54,198 nucleotides of DNA from the NCBI GenBank assembly GCA_964576425.1, contig CAZNVQ010000002.1, positions 1 through 54,198 on the forward strand, given 5' to 3'. The translations under genes were made by a program, and so were the position numbers. The stretch is from an uncultured Flavipsychrobacter sp. GTDB taxonomy: Bacteria; Bacteroidota; Bacteroidia; Chitinophagales; Chitinophagaceae. Positions 9,629 to 19,021 of the stretch are shown here, piece by piece. Positions within the stretch are counted from its first letter, which is position 1. Each line of letters starts with the position of its first letter. The notes beneath the pieces were generated by a model. The model was given only the letters and a program-made list of their open reading frames with translations, was not told the origin of the DNA and searched no databases.

Positions 9629-10621
9629 CTATGCTTGTTGTAAAACCGCTCTGATTTTAGCTTCAATTTCTTCCATCACTTCAGGATTATCCGTCAAGAA
9701 AGACTTTACTGCATCACGACCTTGACCGATTTTACTTTCTCCGTAACTAAACCAACTTCCGCTTTTATTTAAAATTCCTAATTCAACACCCATGTCAATC
9801 ACTTCACCAATTTTACTAATACCTTCTCCAAAAATAATATCAAACTCTACTTGGCGGAATGGCGGAGCAACTTTATTTTTTACTACTTTCACCCTAGTTC
9901 TGTTTCCGCTTGCCACATCACCATCCTTAATTTGACTAATTCTTCTAATATCCAACCTAACAGATGCGTAAAATTTCAATGCATTACCACCAGTTGTTGT
10001 TTCTGGGTTACCAAACATTACACCAATTTTCTCACGAAGTTGGTTGATGAAAATACAAATTGTGTTAGTACGATTGATAGTTGCTGTTAGTTTTCTTAAA
10101 GCTTGAGACATTAATCGAGCTTGTAAGCCCATTTTACTATCGCCCATTTCACCTTCCAACTCACCTTTGGGTACCAATGCAGCCACTGAGTCTATAACTA
10201 CCACATCAATTGCTCCTGAAGAAATCAATCGATCTGCAATTTCAAGCGCTTGCTCACCATAGTCAGGTTGAGAAATAATGAGATTGTCTACATCTACACC
10301 TAGCTTACGAGCGTAAGAAGCATCGAATGCGTGTTCAGCATCGATTATCGCACATATTCCACCTTTCTTTTGCGCTTCTGCAATGGTATGAATAGCGATT
10401 GTTGTTTTACCTGAAGATTCTGGTCCATAAATTTCAATCACTCTACCTTTAGGAAACCCACCAACACCAAGAGCAACATCTAATCCAAGTGAGCCTGTGC
10501 TAACAACATCTATTGTATCTTGTTGCTTGTCACCAAGCATCATTACAGAACCCTTACCATAATCTTTTTCGATTTTGTCCAAGGTAAGTTTGAGCGCTTT
10601 TAATTTATCATCAGCTGCCAT
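9629..10621 (-). CDS. recA: Recombinase RecA
   Basis: Full-length RecA: GPESSGKTT Walker [34 protein letters not shown]. Confidence 0.97.
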   Translation of the reverse strand: MAADDKLKALKLTLDKIEKDYGKGSVMMLGDKQQDTIDVVSTGSLGLDVALGVGGFPKGRVIEIYGPESSGKTTIAIHTIAEAQKKGGICAIIDAEHAFDASYARKLGVDVDNLIISQPDYGEQALEIADRLISSGAIDVVVIDSVAALVPKGELEGEMGDSKMGLQARLMSQALRKLTATINRTNTICIFINQLREKIGVMFGNPETTTGGNALKFYASVRLDIRRISQIKDGDVASGNRTRVKVVKNKVAPPFRQVEFDIIFGEGISKIGEVIDMGVELGILNKSGSWFSYGESKIGQGRDAVKSFLTDNPEVMEEIEAKIRAVLQQA

Positions 10622-10647
10622 AGCTTTTAATTTTATTATTTAGATTC

Positions 10648-10677
10648 CAAAGCTACTAAATTAGTTGGTATTGACAA
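10648..10677 (-). promoter_or_regulatory. Candidate Bacteroidota sigma-A promoter of recA (TTG-19 nt-TAGCTTTG)
   Basis: Minus-strand TAGCTTTG at 10655..10648, about 26 nt before the ATG. TTG at 10677..10675. Confidence 0.45.
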
Positions 10678-10848
10678 TATTTTTTTAAAAAAACAAATAA
10701 AATCAACATAATTCAATACCACAAAGGATTACAAAGAATATAAAATATTTTTATGCCATTATTAATATCAATATATTGACATTATAAAAATGAATCTAAA
10801 TGAAATAAATAAAGATCAATATTTGGAATGTTCGAAATGCTTAAAAAT

Positions 10849-10877
10849 AAAAAAGCTCCAATATTGTTGGAGCTTTT
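10849..10877 (-). terminator. Rho-independent terminator after rpsG
   Basis: Hairpin AGCTCCAA-loop-TTGGAGCT. On the minus strand it is followed by TTTTTTATTTTT. Confidence 0.65.
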
Positions 10878-10902
10878 CAAATAAATATAAATATCGTAAT
10901 TG

Positions 10903-11370
10903 TTACACTTTGAAGTGAGAGAACGCTTTATTTGCTTCTGCCATTCTGTGTGTATCTTCTTTCTTCTTGAAAGCAGAACCTTCACCTTTTGCTGCTGCTA
11001 TAATTTCATTAGCAAGTTTGTCAGCGATTGTTTTACCATTACGCTCGCGACTATAACGAATCAACCATTTCATACTTAATGAAATTTTGCGGTCAGGGCG
11101 AACTTCTGTTGGAATTTGGAAAGTTGCACCACCAATTCTTCTACTACGAACTTCAACAGCTGGTGTAACATTTGCTAACGCACGCTTCCATACGTCATAA
11201 CCTTCTTCACCTGAAATTTTAGTAACTTTATCCAATGCATCATAAAATGCAGTTAGAACAACACTTTTGTTTCCACCCCACATTAGGCAATTAACAAATC
11301 GAGTAACTAACTTATCATTAAACTTTGGATCTGGTGCTAATGGTAGCTTTTTAGCTTGTGCTTTACGCAT
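10903..11370 (-). CDS. rpsG: 30S ribosomal protein S7
   Basis: 155 aa, MRKAQAKKLPLAPDPKFND...GGATFQIPTEVRP, typical S7. Confidence 0.97.
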   Translation of the reverse strand: MRKAQAKKLPLAPDPKFNDKLVTRFVNCLMWGGNKSVVLTAFYDALDKVTKISGEEGYDVWKRALANVTPAVEVRSRRIGGATFQIPTEVRPDRKISLSMKWLIRYSRERNGKTIADKLANEIIAAAKGEGSAFKKKEDTHRMAEANKAFSHFKV

Positions 11371-11436
11371 TTTTTTAATTTTTAATAGTGCTGAATTTCT
11401 TCAAGAATTAAAACTTTACTCAGCTTTTTTGATTGA

Positions 11437-11817
11437 TTACTTTTTTGCTTTTTCTTTCTTCGTACCGTATTTAGAACGGCTTTGTTTACGGTCTTTCACA
11501 CCTGCAGTATCTAAAGCACCACGTACAATGTGATAACGAACTCCTGGCAAATCTTTAACACGACCACCACGAATCAAAACGATAGAGTGTTCTTGTAGAT
11601 TGTGACCCTCACCTGGAATATAGGCAATTATCTCAATCTTGTTAGTTAAACGAACTTTAGCCACTTTACGAAGTGCTGAATTCGGTTTCTTTGGTGTTGT
11701 TGTGTACACACGAGTACATACGCCGCGACGTTGTGGACAAGCATCCAAAGCACGAGACTTAGACTTGGCACGAATTTGTTGACGACCTTTACGAACTAAT
11801 TGTTGTATAGTAGGCAT
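11437..11817 (-). CDS. rpsL: 30S ribosomal protein S12
   Basis: [12 protein letters not shown]...[17 protein letters not shown]...[13 protein letters not shown], typical S12. Confidence 0.97.
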   Translation of the reverse strand: MPTIQQLVRKGRQQIRAKSKSRALDACPQRRGVCTRVYTTTPKKPNSALRKVAKVRLTNKIEIIAYIPGEGHNLQEHSIVLIRGGRVKDLPGVRYHIVRGALDTAGVKDRKQSRSKYGTKKEKAKK

Positions 11818-11850
11818 TGCTTACTTTGATCTAATTTTCAAAATGGACTG

Positions 11851-11880
11851 CAAAGGTAAAATAAGTTTATTAATTATCAA
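11851..11880 (-). promoter_or_regulatory. Candidate promoter of rpsL-rpsG (TTG-19 nt-TACCTTTG)
   Basis: Minus-strand TACCTTTG at 11858..11851, 33 nt before the ATG. TTG at 11880..11878. Confidence 0.5.
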
Positions 11881-12074
11881 CACTTTTTTTTAAAAAATAA
11901 TTCTACAAGATTTATTGGATAAAATTTACTGTAATAGTTAATTGAATGATAATCAACTTCAAATAAAACACAAACAAATAAGTACAACTATAAATTTTAT
12001 AACTAAAATTAGTTTTATTAAAATGTTAATATTATATTCGAGCCCAAGACCCCAATTCTTAAAAACTCATTTAA

Positions 12075-12284
12075 ATGTACACCAAGTACTTTTTTTTATT
12101 TCTACTTTTTTTATCAACCTATTCGAGTTCTTTTGCGCAAAAAGAAAATATTAAAATTGTTAAGAAACAAGAAGGAATTGTCGTGTTAAAAATTGCGTTG
12201 TGCAGTTCAATTGATGATAAACATTGTTTGGTAACTCAAGACATTTACATGAATAAAACAAGATTTACTTTAGTTAATTTTTGA
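12075..12284 (+). CDS. Small hypothetical secreted protein, possibly the 5' half of a frameshifted ~120-aa gene extending to 12438
   Basis: Signal-peptide-like N-terminus MYTKYFFLFLLFLSTYSSSFAQ. The +1 frame stays open from the T5 run at the stop through 12438. Confidence 0.35.
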   Translation: MYTKYFFLFLLFLSTYSSSFAQKENIKIVKKQEGIVVLKIALCSSIDDKHCLVTQDIYMNKTRFTLVNF

Positions 12285-12540
12285 AGTACTTCAGTTTTGC
12301 GACAGCATTTTACAAATAGATGCAGACACTTTACCTAGCAATTTTTCCAAAGAAAGTTTAAAAAACATTATTGCTACTTGCAAACCACATATTGGCTATC
12401 AATGGTTAACAAGTCCTCTTATTTCACAAGAGATGTAAATGCACAAACACCCAATTGGAAACCCAACAAAGGTGGTGAAATGTACATGCTTCAAAAACAA
12501 AACCTTTACGATATTTCGTACAAACTTGATCGTTGAACCA

Positions 12541-13731
12541 TTAAAAGTCCTCATACAACAAATACTTTTTCCTGATTTTTTTAAACTCCTTGAGTTTTGG
12601 TTGCCAAGTTGCTCTGATTTTTCGTTCAGACAATCCGTTTATGATTTGCATTTTCAATGCATTGTTTCCGCTCAGTTTATCAAAAAAATCATTGAAAAAT
12701 GTTGTTTTTTCAGGATACAAATTATAGGCTTCAATCAACCATTTGAGCTGCAACTTACCTTCTAATTGCTTCAAAATTTTTTCAGCACTTTCGTCATTTC
12801 TTCTACCGAAGCAAATTTGACCTTCTAAAAGCGGTTTTGATGCTCCAAGATTAGCTTTCGGAATAAAATTATACGGCAAAAAATCTTTATATTTTGGATG
12901 ACCCCATTGCTGGAATGGCATTTCCGTTCCCCTCCCCACACTCACAACAGTTCCTTCAAAAAAACATAAAGAAGGATACAAATATATTGCTTGAATATTT
13001 TTCAAATTTGGAGAAGGAGGAACGGGCAATTCATATAAAGTTTTATGGGTATAGTTTTTACATGGAACAATTGACATTTTTAAAGATGAGGAATTTGGAA
13101 TCCAATTTTCACCAATCAACATTTTGGCATATTCTCCAACAGTCATTCCATAAACAACAGGTATCGTTTGTCGACCAACAAAAGACTGATACTTTAGTTC
13201 CAAAACCGGACCATCAACATAAAATCCGTTTGGATTTGGACGGTCGAGGATAATTAATTCTTTGTTGTTTTGGATGCAAGATACCATCACATATTCAAGT
13301 GTTGAAATATATGTATAAAATCGCACACCCACATCTTGCAAATCATATATAACTATATCCACATCTTTCAATTCTGTTGAAGTAGGTTGCTTTTCTTTTC
13401 GATAAAGTGAAATGATTGGAACTTTTGTTGCATCATCAACTTCGTTTTCAATCGTTGCCCCAGCATCTGCTTTCCCTCGAAAACCATGCTCAGGTACAAA
13501 AAGCTTAACAACATTTATGTTCCTTTTGAGCAAAGTATCTAACAAATTTGTTTTGCCAACAATCGATGTTTGGTTCACCACTAAGGCAATATTCTTCCCT
13601 TTCAGCAAAGGCAAATATTCTGAAAATTGGGCTGCACCAACACTAACTTTCGACGAAACAGATGTGTTAGTTTGCGACCACAACTGAAAATATATAAATG
13701 AAAAAAATAAAGTAAAAAGTTTAAATTTCAT
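12541..13731 (-). CDS. DUF1343 family protein (exo-beta-N-acetylmuramidase NamZ-like)
   Basis: ATG at 13731 gives the signal peptide MKFKLFTLFFSFIYFQLWSQ. Family-typical blocks: VGAAQFSEYLPLLKGKNIALVVNQTS, PEHGFRGKADAG, YDLQDVGVRFYTYISTL, LDRPNPNG. Confidence 0.8.
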   Translation of the reverse strand: MKFKLFTLFFSFIYFQLWSQTNTSVSSKVSVGAAQFSEYLPLLKGKNIALVVNQTSIVGKTNLLDTLLKRNINVVKLFVPEHGFRGKADAGATIENEVDDATKVPIISLYRKEKQPTSTELKDVDIVIYDLQDVGVRFYTYISTLEYVMVSCIQNNKELIILDRPNPNGFYVDGPVLELKYQSFVGRQTIPVVYGMTVGEYAKMLIGENWIPNSSSLKMSIVPCKNYTHKTLYELPVPPSPNLKNIQAIYLYPSLCFFEGTVVSVGRGTEMPFQQWGHPKYKDFLPYNFIPKANLGASKPLLEGQICFGRRNDESAEKILKQLEGKLQLKWLIEAYNLYPEKTTFFNDFFDKLSGNNALKMQIINGLSERKIRATWQPKLKEFKKIRKKYLLYEDF

Positions 13732-13818
13732 TGCTTTATGAAAGTTTAAAAATGAGTGATTTATAAATTTTAAAATGGATTGATGTACCTTGCAAGCTAT
13801 TATTTTTAAAACAATTTT

Positions 13819-14247
13819 ATGCAATTAGTTAAAAACGGCGATATTGTTCGCGTTCACTATCACGGAAAACTTACTGACGGCACTACGTTCGATAGTTCTG
13901 AAGGTCGTGACCCACTTGAATTTACTGTAGGAAATGGTCAAGTTATCAAAGGTTTCGATGATGCATTGTTGGACATGAAAATAGGTGATAAAAAATCTGT
14001 AAATATCCCTGTTGACCAAGCTTATGGTGAAAGAAACAACGACATGATGATGGAATATCCAAAAGCTGAATTTCCTGAAGACATGAATCCTCAACCTGGC
14101 ATGGAAATTCACATGAGCGACAACATGGGCAATGTATTCCCGGTTGTGATTGCTGAAGTGAAAGAAGAAATGGTTCTTTTGGATGCTAACCATCCACTTT
14201 CTGGTAAAGATTTAGTTTTTGACATTGAACTTGTTTCTATAGTTTAA
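13819..14247 (+). CDS. FKBP-type peptidyl-prolyl cis-trans isomerase (SlyD-like, no His-rich tail)
   Basis: [18 protein letters not shown]...[21 protein letters not shown] plus an IF-insert and C-terminal [15 protein letters not shown]. Confidence 0.9.
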   Translation: MQLVKNGDIVRVHYHGKLTDGTTFDSSEGRDPLEFTVGNGQVIKGFDDALLDMKIGDKKSVNIPVDQAYGERNNDMMMEYPKAEFPEDMNPQPGMEIHMSDNMGNVFPVVIAEVKEEMVLLDANHPLSGKDLVFDIELVSIV

Positions 14248-14267
14248 TTTTATTCATTGCTTTATTT

Positions 14268-14309
14268 AATGCCGAAATGTTTTCATCACATTTCGGCATT
14301 GCTTTTTTT
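14268..14309 (+). terminator. Rho-independent terminator after the PPIase gene
   Basis: 12-bp stem AATGCCGAAATG / CATTTCGGCATT followed by GCTTTTTTT. Confidence 0.7.
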
Positions 14310-14335
14310 AACCTTACTTTTAGAAAGCTAATTAT

Positions 14336-14343
14336 TACATTTG
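14336..14343 (+). promoter_or_regulatory. Candidate -7 box TACATTTG upstream of the ExbB-like gene
   Basis: Matches TAnnTTTG, 26 nt before ATG 14369. No clean -33 TTG. Confidence 0.3.
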
Positions 14344-14368
14344 AATTTTCAGGAAAAATAAATCGAAT

Positions 14369-15058
14369 ATGACGATACAAACTCTTTCAATTTTGTTTCA
14401 AGTTGACAGTGCGGCAGTGGTGGATGCAACAACAAGCACAGACAAAATCTCTTTATTTTATTTATTAAAAGAAGGCGGTGTGCTTATGTTTCCTCTCCTT
14501 CTTTGCTCTATTCTTCTTTTTTATGTTTTTATTGAGCGTTTGTTGCTATTGCTCAAAGCTAATCAGCTTGATAGCACTTTCATGCCACGAATTAGAGATT
14601 ATATTTCAAACGGAAATCTTGCTGGTGCAAAATCATTAGCAAAAAATACGGATAGTCCGATTGCTAGAATAATTGAAAAAGGGATTAGTCGAATTGGCAG
14701 ACCCATTGACCACATTGAAAAAAGCATGGAAAGCACTGGAAAGCTTGAAGTGTACCGTCTAGAAAAAAACCTTTCGATTCTTTCAACCCTAGCTGGAATA
14801 GCACCAATGTTTGGCTTTTTAGGGACAATTGCTGGCATGATTATTTTGTTTTTCAACATTCAACATCAAGGCTTTTCTTTAGAAAATATTGCTGGAGGAA
14901 TTTATACTAAGATGGTCACTTCAGCAGTAGGTTTAATAATTGGTTTGCTCTCCTATATTGCTTACAATTATTTGAATGCACAAATCAACAAGCAAGTAAA
15001 TAAAATGGAAGCTGCTTCGGTTGAATTTTTAGATATTTTACAAGAACCTGCTAAATAA
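14369..15058 (+). CDS. MotA/TolQ/ExbB proton-channel family protein
   Basis: Three TM segments and the family block LSTLAGIAPMFGFLGTIAGMI. Confidence 0.85.
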   Translation: MTIQTLSILFQVDSAAVVDATTSTDKISLFYLLKEGGVLMFPLLLCSILLFYVFIERLLLLLKANQLDSTFMPRIRDYISNGNLAGAKSLAKNTDSPIARIIEKGISRIGRPIDHIEKSMESTGKLEVYRLEKNLSILSTLAGIAPMFGFLGTIAGMIILFFNIQHQGFSLENIAGGIYTKMVTSAVGLIIGLLSYIAYNYLNAQINKQVNKMEAASVEFLDILQEPAK

Positions 15059-15067
15059 GCCGCCACT

Positions 15068-15469
15068 ATGAATCTGAGAAAACATCTTAGAGAAAAACCA
15101 GAGACTCATACTTCGGCGCTTAATGATATTCTATTCATTTTGCTGTTATTCTTCTTGATTATTTCCACTTTGGCTAATCCTAACGTGGTTAAAGTAATGA
15201 CGCCGAAAGGAGAAAGTGATACAAAAGCAAAACAAACAGTTGTTGTTTCTATTGATTCTTTACAGAGAATTTATGTTGGAACTCAAATGGTGGAAAGTAG
15301 TGACTCTTTGTCTTCATCCATTGCTTCAATCATCAATAAATCGGATGATGCAGAACCCACAGTAGTCATCAATCCGGATAAAAAAGCTAATGCTGAAAGC
15401 ATTTATCAAATAATGTATGCAGCCAAAAAGCTTCATTTAAGAACGGTGCTTGCCGTAGATAAAAAATAA
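15068..15469 (+). CDS. ExbD/TolR biopolymer transport protein
   Basis: 133 aa, N-terminal TM with LNDILFILLLFFLI, directly after the ExbB-like gene. Confidence 0.85.
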   Translation: MNLRKHLREKPETHTSALNDILFILLLFFLIISTLANPNVVKVMTPKGESDTKAKQTVVVSIDSLQRIYVGTQMVESSDSLSSSIASIINKSDDAEPTVVINPDKKANAESIYQIMYAAKKLHLRTVLAVDKK

Positions 15470-15480
15470 TTTTTTAGTCC

Positions 15481-15524
15481 AAAAAGGATAGGAAGGTTTA
15501 CATCTAAGTAAACCTTCCTATTTT
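15481..15524. terminator. Bidirectional terminator between convergent genes
   Basis: 13-bp stem TAGGAAGGTTTAC / GTAAACCTTCCTA flanked by an A-run and a T-run. Confidence 0.65.
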
Positions 15525-15544
15525 AATTTTATAGTAGCTTAATT

Positions 15545-16909
15545 TTAATTCTTATTGACTACCAATTTCAAAACTTTGCTTTTGTCATTATACTTTATTT
15601 TCAAAAAATAAATTCCTTCATACACTGTTTTCAAATCAAAATAAGCAATTGTACTGCCTTGAAAAATTTGGTCTGCCATCACCAACTTACCTGTAACGTC
15701 TGATAGTTCAACTTTCAAATTTTCTTGCAAAAAATAAGGCAACTGAACAGCTACAATTTCACTTGCTGGATTAGGAAATAAATTCACTTGCAATGATTCC
15801 ATATCAAACTGTTCAACACCTGTAACTGGCGGTGTGTAGGTAGTTACCGTTTCTGAAATTGAAGTTACTTTAGTCGTATTCTTAACTCCGTAAAAAGTCG
15901 GACCAATTGCATAAGGATAAGCTGAATTCCAATTTTCATCAACAGTGCAGAAATAGGCATAAATTCCATTAGGATATTCTGGTGTTACACAAAATCTTCC
16001 ATTGTGTTCATCCAAATAATCAGGAGTTGCTGCTGATGTAGTCACATATTCATAATCTTCTCTGAAATAGCCAAGAAAATAGGTTGAATTCACTGGTGGT
16101 CCAGCAGTTACTGTTGAACCGTTAGCATAAGTTGTTCTAGTTGTTATGTTGCGTAATTTATAGCTCGATTTAATTCGAGTAATTCCCCCTGTACCGTCTG
16201 CATTTTTAAAGCCATAAGCACCATATATAGGAAATCCGTCGTACGCAAAACCCAACAAAGGCGAATGTTTGGTGCTATCAATAACATACAAACCATCAGA
16301 TGCATAAAGATTGCAAACATTCGACACAACTACTTTGTCCAAATTAAAAGCAGAAGGATTTTGATGGTGGTGATAGTTACCTTGTGCAGGATGTGCTTTA
16401 GAACAATCAAATCCAATTTTTTCAGCTGGGATGGCATCTCTATTCCAAACATTATCGCCAATTCCACCAATCGGACCTCCAGCTAAACTATTGGTTGAAC
16501 TTTTCCAAGATACCATGTCACGAGGGTCGAACAAAGTAACTCCATTTATGAAAACTCCAATATTTCCGCCTGTTGTAGCTGTTGGTATTCCTATGTTTTG
16601 AACTGGATTTAAAGTGATTTTAAAAATAGAATTTTGGTTGGTAGCTAAAGAAGGATTTCCGTCCAAGAAAGGTCCAGTGATGTATGCTGGAATTCCTGTG
16701 GCGGCAACATAAACCCAACTATTTGAATATTTTACGCTCTGAACATTGGCTAAAACATTATCATTTATTGGAGTTGAATTGCCTGAAACATAATGTCGCC
16801 CCATGATACCAGTTGTATTTTGCAACCACTTGGTTATGACAGGATTTGTTTGTGCCTTCAAATGGCTAGTTAAACAACTAATGCCTATAAATAAAAATAT
16901 TTTTTTCAT
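15545..16909 (-). CDS. YHYH-domain protein with T9SS type-A C-terminal sorting domain
   Basis: Signal peptide MKKIFLFIGISCLTSHLKAQ. AHPAQGNYHHHQNP and DEHNGRF motifs of the YHYH family. C-terminal LFPNPASEIVAVQL...GIYFLKIKY Por_Secre_tail-like domain. Confidence 0.8.
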   Translation of the reverse strand: MKKIFLFIGISCLTSHLKAQTNPVITKWLQNTTGIMGRHYVSGNSTPINDNVLANVQSVKYSNSWVYVAATGIPAYITGPFLDGNPSLATNQNSIFKITLNPVQNIGIPTATTGGNIGVFINGVTLFDPRDMVSWKSSTNSLAGGPIGGIGDNVWNRDAIPAEKIGFDCSKAHPAQGNYHHHQNPSAFNLDKVVVSNVCNLYASDGLYVIDSTKHSPLLGFAYDGFPIYGAYGFKNADGTGGITRIKSSYKLRNITTRTTYANGSTVTAGPPVNSTYFLGYFREDYEYVTTSAATPDYLDEHNGRFCVTPEYPNGIYAYFCTVDENWNSAYPYAIGPTFYGVKNTTKVTSISETVTTYTPPVTGVEQFDMESLQVNLFPNPASEIVAVQLPYFLQENLKVELSDVTGKLVMADQIFQGSTIAYFDLKTVYEGIYFLKIKYNDKSKVLKLVVNKN

Positions 16910-17007
16910 ATAACATGGTTTTAATCTTTATAATTATAAACTTACAATTAAGATTGAATTTCTAATAAATTTTAGGATTAACACGTTAAATCTTGCTGCA
17001 AATACTT

Positions 17008-17042
17008 AAAAAAAATGGCTGAAATAAATTAATTCAGCCATT
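17008..17042 (-). terminator. Rho-independent terminator after lipA
   Basis: Minus-strand hairpin ATGGCTGAA-9 nt-TTCAGCCAT followed by T8. Confidence 0.65.
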
Positions 17043-17062
17043 TCCATAGTATAATATAAAAA

Positions 17063-17992
17063 CTAAACTGGTTTAGAAAGTTCCCATTGTTTTCTTCCTT
17101 CACCAGGAATGAGGTGTTTTTCGCTGTGATAAGAGGAACGAACAAGCGGTCCACTTTCAACGTAATCAAAGCCCATTTTATAGCCTTCTTCTTTATAAAA
17201 TGCAAACTCATCAGGATGAACGAAACGCAATACAGGCAAGTGTTTCTGACTTGGCTGAAGGTACTGACCTAGTGTCAAAACATGACAACCATTTTCAACC
17301 AGTTCTTGCATAGATTGTAAAATTTCTTCTTGAGCTTCACCCAAACCAAGCATCATGCCGCTTTTCGTGCGCATGCCACCATCACGAAGTCTTCTAATGA
17401 CTTCCAAACTGCGGTGATATTTTGCTTGAATTCTAACTTTCTTGGTTAAACGTTCTACAGTTTCAAGATTATGGGAAACAACTTCTGGTGCTACATCTAT
17501 TACACGTTGAAGATTGTCCCATTCTCCTTTGAAGTCAGGGATTAGGGTTTCTAAAGTTGTTTCAGGATTCAATGCTCGAACAGCTTTGATCGTATTCGCC
17601 CAAATTATTGAACCTCCATCTTTTAGTTCATCTCTGTCCACAGAAGTTATCACAGCATGTTTTACTTGCATAAGATGGATAGCTTCTGCAACACGTTGTG
17701 GTTCATCCCAATCCACTGCTTCTGGACGACCAGTGGCAACAGCACAAAACCCGCAAGAACGCGTGCAAATATTTCCCAATATCATGAACGTCGCTGTGCC
17801 TTCACCCCAACATTCTCCCATGTTAGGACAATTACCACTTTCACATATGGTGTGTAATTTATGAGTATCAACCAAACCTCTAACATGCTTATAACTCTCG
17901 CCAATTGGGAGTTTTACACGAAGCCAGTTAGGTTTTTTAACCCTTGTTTCGTTGTTAGCAACTGCTGAATTAATAATTGGTAATTCTTGCAT
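17063..17992 (-). CDS. lipA: Lipoyl synthase
   Basis: [13 protein letters not shown] and radical-SAM CTRSCGFC motifs; full-length, 309 aa. Confidence 0.95.
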   Translation of the reverse strand: MQELPIINSAVANNETRVKKPNWLRVKLPIGESYKHVRGLVDTHKLHTICESGNCPNMGECWGEGTATFMILGNICTRSCGFCAVATGRPEAVDWDEPQRVAEAIHLMQVKHAVITSVDRDELKDGGSIIWANTIKAVRALNPETTLETLIPDFKGEWDNLQRVIDVAPEVVSHNLETVERLTKKVRIQAKYHRSLEVIRRLRDGGMRTKSGMMLGLGEAQEEILQSMQELVENGCHVLTLGQYLQPSQKHLPVLRFVHPDEFAFYKEEGYKMGFDYVESGPLVRSSYHSEKHLIPGEGRKQWELSKPV

Positions 17993-18013
17993 AATGGGTG
18001 CAAATTAAGGACA

Positions 18014-18952
18014 TCACCAACGTTTGCCAAATTGAACTGCAACAAAAGCACCTACGAAATAAGGATATGTATCTTGAGTTGCCATCAAATCAATTGGCTG
18101 GGTATAATATTCCATATTTATTCCTGTTTCAACAGCCAGTACTACTGTTTTGTGGGCTGCAAAATCAAAATGTAAAGAAGATTTTACATAAGCCCCAGGA
18201 ACTATTTTTATTTCATTCAAACCAACAGCCCAGCCTGAACTACCAACTATATACATTTTATTTAAATAATAACTTTTATAATTGTCATCATATTTTATTT
18301 GCTTTTTCACAAAAGGGCTTCCTTGAGAATTAGGATCTAACGGCACATAGGCATCAACATAATAGGGCTTCAAAAGTCCCGCTGAAAGTCCGCCAATATA
18401 ACTCCAATGAATGCTTACTGTTCCTTGTTCGGCTTTACCAGCAATCATTTTACGATGACCAAAACCCAACTTCATTGCATAAAAATTATTTATTTTAGCA
18501 TATATATAAGGCTTTGGTTTTTCTAAATCAGTTATAGCTGGATTAGGATAATTTTCTTTACGTTCTTTAGGATGCTTGTGTTCTTGAATCTCAAATTGAA
18601 AATAATTAACGTCGTAAAATTTTTCAATTGTTTTATTATCCTCACTTTTTGCAACACCGCGATTTATAAAAGCACTCCAGCCATCAGTTTGAGCACTAGC
18701 ACCAATGCCAAATTCTTTAACAATTGGCTTGGGTTTTGGCAATCTCAATGGCTTTACAATTTGCTTTTGAGGGTTTGCTAATCCAAAATTATTTTTAAGT
18801 AATCCAGTAGTTGAATCTTTCTGTATAGGCTTTACTGTGGTTGTTGTAGCCGTATCTTGAAAATTTTCAGTAACAAAATACTGCGCTTTTGTTTGCATCG
18901 AAATACCAAACAAAGTCAATATTAGAACCAGGCTTTTGCTACAAATTTTCAT
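18014..18952 (-). CDS. Hypothetical outer-membrane protein (probable beta-barrel)
   Basis: Signal peptide MKICSKSLVLILTLFGISMQTKAQ. Alternating-hydrophobic C-terminal half ends in an aromatic residue (AVQFGKRW). 21 nt upstream of lipA. Confidence 0.6.
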   Translation of the reverse strand: MKICSKSLVLILTLFGISMQTKAQYFVTENFQDTATTTTVKPIQKDSTTGLLKNNFGLANPQKQIVKPLRLPKPKPIVKEFGIGASAQTDGWSAFINRGVAKSEDNKTIEKFYDVNYFQFEIQEHKHPKERKENYPNPAITDLEKPKPYIYAKINNFYAMKLGFGHRKMIAGKAEQGTVSIHWSYIGGLSAGLLKPYYVDAYVPLDPNSQGSPFVKKQIKYDDNYKSYYLNKMYIVGSSGWAVGLNEIKIVPGAYVKSSLHFDFAAHKTVVLAVETGINMEYYTQPIDLMATQDTYPYFVGAFVAVQFGKRW

Positions 18953-19021
18953 TCGACTACGTTCAACAAAGATGTAAATTAAACTAATTTTCGATTCAAT
19001 TTTAATAAATTCATTTATCTG

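Noticed and set aside
7388-10621. recG-recA (and dprA at 36.5 kb) as part of a defence or DNA-uptake island
   Set aside because: All three are full-length single-copy-type housekeeping genes with their own terminators. No associated nucleases, methylases or unknown partners are present.
10782-10985. 67-aa minus-strand ORF overlapping the rpsG 3' end and its terminator
   Set aside because: It is out of frame with rpsG, spans the terminator hairpin, and has an AT-rich, low-complexity translation.
12439-12765. 108-aa plus-strand ORF
   Set aside because: Most of it is antisense to the 3' end of the well-supported DUF1343/NamZ-like gene, and it has no signal of its own.
13825-14193. 122-aa ORF antisense to the FKBP isomerase gene, and similar antisense ORFs inside recG, mrdA, lipA and porP
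   Set aside because: They mirror strongly supported genes on the opposite strand and translate to implausible sequences. They are typical shadow ORFs.
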